64,000 bases of DNA from Bacteroidia bacterium. GTDB lineage: Bacteria > Bacteroidota > Bacteroidia > AKYH767-A > JBBKVM01. Shown one piece after another: positions 57,492-64,000 of this stretch. The notes beneath the pieces were generated by a model. That model did not search any database and was not told the DNA's origin. It was given only the letters and a program-made list of their open reading frames with translations. The stretch covers positions 3,752 to 67,751 of the forward strand of contig JBBKWX010000039.1 in NCBI GenBank assembly GCA_037969175.1, given 5' to 3'. Made by a program: the position numbers and the translations under genes. Numbering within the stretch: position 1 is the stretch's first letter; every line of letters starts with the position of its first letter.

Positions 57492-58377
57492 GAAAAGTGC
57501 ATTGGGAAAAGGATTGAGTGCTCTGCTGCAGAGCGAAGACACCAACGTTACCTCTAAATCAGATTTCGCAGGAAACTCCACGGTTGTTGGAGCTGTTGCA
57601 ACCATTTCAGTAGATAAGATAGAGGCTAACCCATTCCAGCCAAGATCTAATTTTGAAGCAGTTGCTCTTCAGGAACTATCAGATTCGATTCGTGAGCAAG
57701 GAATAATTCAACCTGTTACCGTTCGTAAGATGGGCTATGATAAATTCCAGCTTATCTCAGGTGAAAGAAGATTGAAAGCTTCTAAAATGGCCGGATTGGA
57801 ATACATCCCGGCTTATATCCGTATTGCCAATGATCAGGCGATGCTTGAAATGGCATTGGTAGAAAACATTCAGCGTGAAAATCTGGATGCGATCGAGATC
57901 GCTATTTCTTATAAAAGATTGATCGATGAATGCAGCCTTACTCAGGAACAATTATCCGATAGAGTAAGCAAGAACAGAAGTACCGTAACAAATTACCTCC
58001 GCTTGCTCAAGTTACCCCCGGATATTCAGATCGGTATCAGAGATAACAAGATCACGATGGGTCATGCCAGAGCATTGATCAATATTGATGATGTCGCCAC
58101 GCAGATTGCTTTATATAAGGAGATCATTGATAGCGAACATTCAGTCCGCAAAGCTGAAGAAATGGCCAGAGATGCCAATTCCAATAGAAAAGCTAAAGGT
58201 GAGAAACAGCTCAAACTTAAGCTGAGTCCGGAACTTAACCGTGTTCAAAAAGAACTTACCGGTAAGCTTGAGACCAAAGTTGAGATCAAAGCGAATGCTA
58301 AGGGAAAAGGCAAGATTGTTATTCCTTTTGAAAACGATGATGATTTCAACAGAATTCTTGAATTCTTTGATTACTAA
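57481..58377 (+). CDS. parB: ParB/Spo0J partition protein.
   Basis: ...KSALGKGLSALL... N-terminus. ParB box GERRLKASKMAGL. HTH. ATG 57481 is preferred over the TTG at 57472. Overlaps the parA end by 11 nt. Confidence 0.9.
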   Translation: MSSKKSALGKGLSALLQSEDTNVTSKSDFAGNSTVVGAVATISVDKIEANPFQPRSNFEAVALQELSDSIREQGIIQPVTVRKMGYDKFQLISGERRLKASKMAGLEYIPAYIRIANDQAMLEMALVENIQRENLDAIEIAISYKRLIDECSLTQEQLSDRVSKNRSTVTNYLRLLKLPPDIQIGIRDNKITMGHARALINIDDVATQIALYKEIIDSEHSVRKAEEMARDANSNRKAKGEKQLKLKLSPELNRVQKELTGKLETKVEIKANAKGKGKIVIPFENDDDFNRILEFFDY

Positions 58378-58383
58378 ATTAAG

Positions 58384-58911
58384 ATGAAGTATTCCCCTGC
58401 CTCAATTAGGGGTACTTTACTCCTGCTTATCTTCCTGGTTCCGGGTACACTCTTTTCTTTCGCGCAAATAGATTCAACTTTAGCTGAGCATTCACCCCGT
58501 AAAGCGACAATTTATTCTACCGTTTTGCCGGGACTGGGTCAGGCCTACAACAAAAAATACTGGAAGATCCCAATAGTTTATGCAGGACTTGGGGCTTTGG
58601 GGTATAGTTTTGTATTCAATAATGATAAATACAAAACCTTTCGCAGTGCCTATATTGCCAGACTTGATGGGGATCCTTTGACAGGAGATAATTATGAAAA
58701 TATCTATACCGCTGAAAACCTGAAAGTGTTGAGAGACTATTACCGTCGTAATCGTGACTTATCCGTAGTCGGGTTTGCTGCTGTATATGTTTTAAATATC
58801 ATCGATGCCCATGTCGATGCTCATCTTTTCTATTTTGATCTGAGCGATGACATCAGCTTTAAACTTTATCAACGACCGGATCAGGCATTGAGTTTATGTT
58901 TCAAATTCTAA
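58384..58911 (+). CDS. DUF5683 domain protein.
   Basis: ...TVLPGLGQAYNKKYWKIPIVYAGLGALGY... Conserved position after parB in Bacteroidota. Confidence 0.7.
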   Translation: MKYSPASIRGTLLLLIFLVPGTLFSFAQIDSTLAEHSPRKATIYSTVLPGLGQAYNKKYWKIPIVYAGLGALGYSFVFNNDKYKTFRSAYIARLDGDPLTGDNYENIYTAENLKVLRDYYRRNRDLSVVGFAAVYVLNIIDAHVDAHLFYFDLSDDISFKLYQRPDQALSLCFKF

Positions 58912-58923
58912 AAGCCATTTGAC

Positions 58924-59676
58924 ATGAATACAAATGAACCCTTAAAAATTGTGATCATTGGATATGGGAAAATGGGTCGTGAAATAGAGCAGATCTGTAT
59001 TCAACGGGGACATAAGATCCTTCTTATTGCAGATCATGAACGGCCTTTGGCAGACAACCTCCATGTACTTTCTGACGCTGATGTGGCTATAGAATTTACC
59101 GAGCCGGGAGTTGCCTTTTCAAACGTCAGTATCTGTGCAAAAAAAGGGATTCCGGTCATATGCGGAACAACCGGATGGAATGCGGATCTGGAAAAAGCCA
59201 AAGAGATCGTAAAAGCAAATTCATCTGCTATGATGTGGAGTAGCAATTTCAGTATAGGTGTCAATTTGTTTTTTGAAGTAAACAAGCAACTTGCACAGCT
59301 CATGAATGCTTATCCGGGATATGTTCCAGCTTTAAGTGAAACACATCATGTACATAAGAAGGATGCACCTAGTGGGACGGCAATAACTATAGCAGAAGGA
59401 ATCATTTCAAATCTAGAATCCAAAAGATCATGGTTAGGGAAACTGAATACTGATTCAAAAAATATTATTGAAAAGGAAGTTCTTCCAATAATCAGCTATC
59501 GCGAAGATGAAGTTCCGGGCACACATGAAGTGAGTTATATTTCGGAGGAAGATGAAATAATCCTGACTCACAGAGCGTTTAGTCGCCGTGGTTTCGCATT
59601 GGGCGCTGTTGTAGCAGCTGAATGGATAATCGGCAAAAAAGGTATATTTGCCTTCCAAGATTTGATTCAAAAATAA
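58924..59676 (+). CDS. dapB: 4-hydroxy-tetrahydrodipicolinate reductase.
   Basis: N-terminal Rossmann KIVIIGYGKMGREI. DapB signature ETHHVHKKDAPSGTA. Confidence 0.9.
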   Translation: MNTNEPLKIVIIGYGKMGREIEQICIQRGHKILLIADHERPLADNLHVLSDADVAIEFTEPGVAFSNVSICAKKGIPVICGTTGWNADLEKAKEIVKANSSAMMWSSNFSIGVNLFFEVNKQLAQLMNAYPGYVPALSETHHVHKKDAPSGTAITIAEGIISNLESKRSWLGKLNTDSKNIIEKEVLPIISYREDEVPGTHEVSYISEEDEIILTHRAFSRRGFALGAVVAAEWIIGKKGIFAFQDLIQK

Positions 59677-59686
59677 ACTACTGATA

Positions 59687-60931
59687 ATGAGACGTTTTCT
59701 CGACAGAATGACATCTTCACAAAGAAGATTTTTTATAGGATTGTCTATCGCAAGCCTTTTGTTTTTTATTGTTCTTCTGGTATCAGGAGTTGGATTACTT
59801 TCTTCATTCATATTTTATATGGCTGTTGAAATAATCATTCTTGCATATTATCTGACTATAAATACGACTGTTAGAAAATCAAAAACCAGAGAATGGGTAG
59901 ATGCGATAGTTTTCGCTGTTGTAGCGGCTACAATTATCCGAACCTTCTTCATAGAAGCATTTACGATTCCTACTCCATCTATGGAAAAAACATTGATGGT
60001 CGGTGATTTCTTATTTGTAAGTAAGGTCTCTTATGGTCCAAGGACTCCATTGACTCCTTTATCATTCCCATTTGCCCATCAGGATATGCCCATTATTGGC
60101 GGAAAATCTTATCTGGAATGGTTAAAGTTGCCTTATTATAGATTGCCCGGTTTTGGAACCGTTGAAAACAATGATATCGTGGTTTTCAATTATCCGATGG
60201 AAGATGAAAGGCCCATTGATAAGCAAACTCATTATATCAAGAGATGTATTGGGATCCCCGGAGATAATATCACAATTGAAAATCGGAATGTTTATATCAA
60301 TGATAAGTTAGTTGATATGCCTGAGCATGGGCAATATTTTTATCATGTAAAGACAGACGGGAGCATGCTCAATCCAACTACCCTGCGTGATCTGGATATA
60401 ACCGATGGGGGTGCTGCATCAAACCAGGGAGACTTCAGATATGCACTTACCAAAGCAACTGCTGAAAAGCTGAAGCAGTTTACTAATGTCCGTGAAGTAG
60501 ATGCGCTTGGAGATCCAAAAGGATATTATGAAGATTATATTTTCCCGCATGATCCTAATTTCCCATGGAACGTAGATAATTTTGGTCCACTGCATATTCC
60601 AAAAGCCGGAGATAAGATCGCTCTTGATCCAAGAACAATTGCTCCCTATTTAAGAGCTATCTCGGTGTATGAGAATAACAAAGTAGAGATAAAAGACAAT
60701 CAGGTATATATCAACGATCAGGTAGCAACAGAATACACATTCAAAATGGGGTATTATTTTATGATGGGTGATAACCGTCATAACTCAGCTGATTCACGTT
60801 TCTGGGGATTCGTTCCGGAAGATCATATAGTTGGAAAAGCAGTATTCATCTGGCTTTCATTGGATGGAAATGCTTCTTTCTTTAAGAAGATCAGATGGAA
60901 CAGATTGTTCAGGTATATTGGGAATTGGTAA
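59687..60931 (+). CDS. lepB: Signal peptidase I (S26 family) with an N-terminal membrane extension.
   Basis: Catalytic Ser box IPTPSMEKTLMVGDFLFVSK. Lys box, and GDNRHNSADSRFWGFVPEDHIVGKAVFIW. Confidence 0.88.
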   Translation: MRRFLDRMTSSQRRFFIGLSIASLLFFIVLLVSGVGLLSSFIFYMAVEIIILAYYLTINTTVRKSKTREWVDAIVFAVVAATIIRTFFIEAFTIPTPSMEKTLMVGDFLFVSKVSYGPRTPLTPLSFPFAHQDMPIIGGKSYLEWLKLPYYRLPGFGTVENNDIVVFNYPMEDERPIDKQTHYIKRCIGIPGDNITIENRNVYINDKLVDMPEHGQYFYHVKTDGSMLNPTTLRDLDITDGGAASNQGDFRYALTKATAEKLKQFTNVREVDALGDPKGYYEDYIFPHDPNFPWNVDNFGPLHIPKAGDKIALDPRTIAPYLRAISVYENNKVEIKDNQVYINDQVATEYTFKMGYYFMMGDNRHNSADSRFWGFVPEDHIVGKAVFIWLSLDGNASFFKKIRWNRLFRYIGNW

Positions 60932-60937
60932 TCACTC

Positions 60938-61525
60938 ATGCCTCAAATAATATTTCCTGCATTCTGCCTCCCTCCTGCTTCCTATTTCTCTGAACTTATA
61001 TCAGATTCAGAAAAAATAATTGATCTGGGTGAGCACTTTGTAAGACAATCTTACCGCAGCCGATTTAATATTCTTTCAGCCAATGGCCCGATTACTCTAT
61101 CAATTCCGGTACAGCATCCTGCAAGTAACAAGGCGATGCGTGACGTCAGGATAAGTTATCAGGATGAATGGATACGTAAACATTTTAATGCAATCCGTTC
61201 AGCCTATGGCAGAGCATCCTATTTTGAATTTCTAAATGAGGATCTGTTTGATATTTTTAATAAAAAGCATTCTTTTCTTATCGACCTAAATATTGAATTG
61301 ATAAATTGGATCTTGAAGATCCTCAGAGAAGCACCACAGATCAATTATGACAAGATCTATGTTGTACCTGTTGAGGGTTCCAATGATCTAAGATCTGTTG
61401 AGCTTCCGGTACACACATCACCCTATTATCAGGTGTTCTCGGATAAGTTTGGATTTGTTCCTAACCTCTCCATTCTTGACTTGGTATTCAATACCGGATC
61501 ACAAGCACGAACATCACTTAAATAA
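60938..61525 (+). CDS. WbqC-family protein.
   Basis: N-terminus MPQIIFPAFCLPPASYFSELI... is WbqC-like. Conserved lepB-wbqC adjacency in Bacteroidota. Confidence 0.6.
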   Translation: MPQIIFPAFCLPPASYFSELISDSEKIIDLGEHFVRQSYRSRFNILSANGPITLSIPVQHPASNKAMRDVRISYQDEWIRKHFNAIRSAYGRASYFEFLNEDLFDIFNKKHSFLIDLNIELINWILKILREAPQINYDKIYVVPVEGSNDLRSVELPVHTSPYYQVFSDKFGFVPNLSILDLVFNTGSQARTSLK

Positions 61526-61578
61526 AAGCTTATTGGGCTTATATTGCTATTTTTGGCAAATAAACCTGCGGGAAATTT

Positions 61579-63219
61579 ATGGCAAAGAAGATAGACCTGG
61601 AATTTAACAGAAACGAAGACCTTTATAAACAACTCCTTACACGTCTTGAGTTCGAGAAACAAAAAGCACGTGAAGGTGGTGGTAAAGCCAATCAAAAAAA
61701 ACAGCATGACAAGGGTAAACTGTTGGCAAGAGAGCGGATCGAGTATTTAATTGATGATGGTTCGGAGTTTCTGGAATTGGGTTTACTTGCAGGCAAGGAC
61801 ATGTATGAAGAAGAAGGTGGTTGTCCTTCCGCAGGTGTTGCAATGGGCATAGGCTATGTTCAGGGAAGGTTATGCATGATCGTAGCCAATGATGCTACAG
61901 TAAAGGCAGGAGCCTGGTTTCCGATTACTGCAAAAAAAAATCTCAGAGCTCAGGAAATCGCAATTGAAAATCGTTTGCCGGTTATTTATTTAGTGGATAG
62001 TGCCGGTGTTTTTCTTCCTATGCAAGATGAGATCTTTCCTGACAAAGAACATTTTGGAAGAATGTTTCGCAATAATGCTGTAATGTCATCGATGGGCATC
62101 ATACAGATCGCTGCGATCATGGGATCCTGTGTTGCAGGCGGTGCTTACCTTCCTATCATGAGTGATGAAGCCATGATCGTAGATAAAACCGGAAGTATTT
62201 TTCTTGCAGGTTCCTATCTGGTAAAAGCTGCTATTGGTGAGGATATAGATAATGAAACCCTGGGTGGAGCTACTACGCATTGCGAGATCTCGGGTGTTAC
62301 GGATAATAAATTTGACAGCGATGAAGAATGTCTTGATTATATCCGAAGTATTATGGGCAAAGTTGGCACCTATGAAAAAGCAGGATATGACAGAATAAAA
62401 CCTTCGCTTCCAAAAAAAGATCCAAAAGAGATCTATGGTATTTATCCCGCCGATAGGGAAAAGCAGTTTGATATGCACGAGATCATTTACCGTTTGGTGG
62501 ATGATTCTTTGTTTGATGAATACAAAGCTTTGTACGGTAAATCACTGATATGTGGGTATGCTCGCATAGATGGATGGGCAGTTGGAATAGTTGCAAATCA
62601 AAGAAAAGTTGTTAAAAACAAGAAAGGTGAAATGCAGTTTGGCGGAGTGATTTATTCTGATTCCGCCGACAAAGCCGCGCGATTCATAATGAATTGCAAT
62701 CAACGCAAAATCCCATTGGTCTTTTTGCAGGATGTAACGGGCTTTATGGTTGGTTCGAGATCTGAACATGGGGGTATCATAAAAGACGGAGCTAAAATGG
62801 TAAATGCAGTTGCAAATTCTGTTGTTCCAAAATTTACGATCATAGCAGGTAACTCCTTTGGTGCCGGTAACTATGCCATGTGCGGCAAGGCCTATGACCC
62901 TCGCTTGATACTGGCCTGGCCAACTGCACAAATCGCAGTGATGGGTGGAACACAAGCAGCAAAAGTATTATTACAGATACAAGTAAGCTCGTTGAAAGCT
63001 CAAGGGAAAATTATTGCTCCGGAAGATGAAGCTGAATTATTAAAGACCATTACAGAAAGATACGAGCGACAAACTTCACCTTATTATGCCGCTTCGCGTT
63101 TATGGGTTGATGAGATCATAGATCCCCTTGATACACGTAAAGCAATTTCAATGGGTATTGAAGCAGCCGACCATTCTCCTATCACAAGAGCCTTTAATCC
63201 AGGCATAATCCAAACCTAA
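61579..63219 (+). CDS. Acyl-CoA carboxylase carboxyltransferase subunit (MccB/PccB family; the N-terminus most resembles methylcrotonyl-CoA carboxylase beta).
   Basis: 546 aa. N-terminus ...GGGKANQKKQHDKGKLLARERIEYLIDDGSEFLELGLLAG... Two carboxyltransferase subdomains (...GGAYLPIMSDE..., ...NSFGAGNYAMCG...). Confidence 0.8.
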   Translation: MAKKIDLEFNRNEDLYKQLLTRLEFEKQKAREGGGKANQKKQHDKGKLLARERIEYLIDDGSEFLELGLLAGKDMYEEEGGCPSAGVAMGIGYVQGRLCMIVANDATVKAGAWFPITAKKNLRAQEIAIENRLPVIYLVDSAGVFLPMQDEIFPDKEHFGRMFRNNAVMSSMGIIQIAAIMGSCVAGGAYLPIMSDEAMIVDKTGSIFLAGSYLVKAAIGEDIDNETLGGATTHCEISGVTDNKFDSDEECLDYIRSIMGKVGTYEKAGYDRIKPSLPKKDPKEIYGIYPADREKQFDMHEIIYRLVDDSLFDEYKALYGKSLICGYARIDGWAVGIVANQRKVVKNKKGEMQFGGVIYSDSADKAARFIMNCNQRKIPLVFLQDVTGFMVGSRSEHGGIIKDGAKMVNAVANSVVPKFTIIAGNSFGAGNYAMCGKAYDPRLILAWPTAQIAVMGGTQAAKVLLQIQVSSLKAQGKIIAPEDEAELLKTITERYERQTSPYYAASRLWVDEIIDPLDTRKAISMGIEAADHSPITRAFNPGIIQT

Positions 63220-63220
63220 C

Positions 63221-63622
63221 ATGTCACATTCCTTCCGAGAATTGATGAATATGGTTCAAGAATTTCAAACTGTATTCAAGCTTCCAATTAATGAATATCC
63301 TAACGCATCTCCGGGAACTGAATTAACAGATCTCCGACATCGTTTGATGCAGGAAGAAAATGATGAATATTTTCAAGCTTGTAAAGATGAAGATATTATT
63401 CAGATCGCAGATGCTTTGGGTGATAAGCTATACATACTCTTAGGCACTATAATTACACATGGATTGCAGGATCAAATTGAAAATATTTTCAAAGAAATTC
63501 ATCGTTCCAATATGTCTAAGTTAGATGCTGCGGGAAAACCGGTTGTAAGGAATGATGGAAAAATATTAAAAAGTGATTTGTATTCACCTCCAAATTTTTC
63601 TGGAATTATTGAGACAAAATAA
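63221..63622 (+). CDS. MazG-like all-alpha nucleoside-triphosphate pyrophosphohydrolase family protein.
   Basis: 133 aa. EExxE...D..D motif pattern (QEENDEYFQA...IADALGDKLY). Confidence 0.5.
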   Translation: MSHSFRELMNMVQEFQTVFKLPINEYPNASPGTELTDLRHRLMQEENDEYFQACKDEDIIQIADALGDKLYILLGTIITHGLQDQIENIFKEIHRSNMSKLDAAGKPVVRNDGKILKSDLYSPPNFSGIIETK

Positions 63623-63716
63623 AAATCACTGCCTTATTTTTTGAATTGACTTTTTAAATGCTTATATTCAAGGCAAAGGTAAATAAGTATCACATTAATT
63701 TAATATTGAAAAGATC

Positions 63717-63944
63717 ATGAGTAAAGCGACGAACGCATTGCTGGCATTTGCACTAGGTGCAGTGGCCGGCGCAACAGCAGGACTTTTATTAGCCCCTGCA
63801 ACCGGGGAAGAAACCCGAAAGAATCTGAAAAAGAAAATGGATGGACTTAAAGACGATCTTGGAGATCTCAAAAATGAGATGGCGAGCAAAGCTGAAGAGT
63901 TAAAAAAGTCTTTCGTGAATGGCGATACGGTGAAATCGAAGTAA
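63717..63944 (+). CDS. YtxH-domain small protein.
   Basis: 75 aa. N-terminal hydrophobic helix ALLAFALGAVAGATAGLLLAP. Then a charged coiled-coil TGEETRKNLKKKMDGLKDDL..., as in the YtxH family. Confidence 0.6.
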   Translation: MSKATNALLAFALGAVAGATAGLLLAPATGEETRKNLKKKMDGLKDDLGDLKNEMASKAEELKKSFVNGDTVKSK

Positions 63945-64000
63945 CAGAAATTCATCTTTTTATTTAATCAAACTTTTAAAACTAAGAACATGAGCAGTGG

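Noticed and set aside
63695-63955. 86-aa minus-strand ORF overlapping ytxH.
   Set aside because: It is the antisense frame of the YtxH-like gene. The + strand product has the recognisable YtxH architecture.
1-64000. Looked for CRISPR repeats, integrase/transposase/recombinase genes, restriction-modification, toxin-antitoxin or other defence-island hallmarks, and for long ORF-free regions that could hide large ncRNAs.
   Set aside because: None were found. Every gap longer than about 130 nt was inspected. Only the 37645-37835 gap contains a recognisable RNA gene (ffs). The rest look like promoter/terminator spacers.

Overview
This 64-kb window reads as a gene-dense core-chromosome segment of a low-GC Bacteroidota genome (Flavobacteriia/Sphingobacteriia/Saprospiria-like). 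The evidence for that placement is as follows.
- Many proteins carry type IX secretion (T9SS) C-terminal sorting domains of both type A and type B.
- There is a PorP/SprF gene and a SprB-repeat adhesin.
- DUF5683, DUF4199, DUF1573 and DUF3276 genes are present, together with a long-form NusB.
- Conserved Bacteroidota syntenies occur: parA-parB-DUF5683-dapB-lepB-wbqC and nusB-DUF1573-yajC-ybbR-coaE.
- TAnnTTTG -7 promoter boxes sit just upstream of several start codons.

About 48 protein genes tile both strands, mostly in tightly coupled operons with 1-4 nt start/stop overlaps. Housekeeping genes include the following.
- pntAA/pntAB/pntB
- mnmA
- tsaC
- nnr
- coaE
- yajC
- nusB
- Leu/Phe/Val dehydrogenase
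- an MsbA-like ABC exporter
- parAB
- dapB
- lepB
- an acyl-CoA carboxyltransferase
- a transaldolase-family protein

Accessory-type content is limited to surface and secretion cargo and signalling.
- Four T9SS type-A cargo proteins: a 610-aa protein, a 1267-aa beta-helix-like protein, a BNR/Asp-box propeller protein, and an S8 subtilase.
- A type-B cargo locus: a SprB-repeat adhesin, PorP/SprF, a PorE-like OmpA protein, and a second type-B cargo.
- Three large PAS/GAF/TPR sensor kinases plus a stand-alone receiver.

The one non-coding gene I can support is a bacterial small SRP RNA (ffs, 4.5S). It lies on the + strand at about 37728-37823, between two minus-strand operons, with its own -7 box and U-run.

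I see no CRISPR array, no integrase or transposase, and no recognisable defence or toxin module. I therefore do not claim a novel defence system here. The most unusual protein-level observation is a dihydroorotase homologue whose Zn-binding histidines are replaced (DMQVNF instead of DxHVHx). It is translationally coupled to a BatA-like vWA membrane protein. Other candidates for follow-up are a conserved DUF1800-DUF1501 (Tat-secreted) pair of unknown function and a three-gene PAS phosphorelay operon with TTG starts overlapping TGA stops. All calls come from reading the sequence and translations by eye. No database searches were run.
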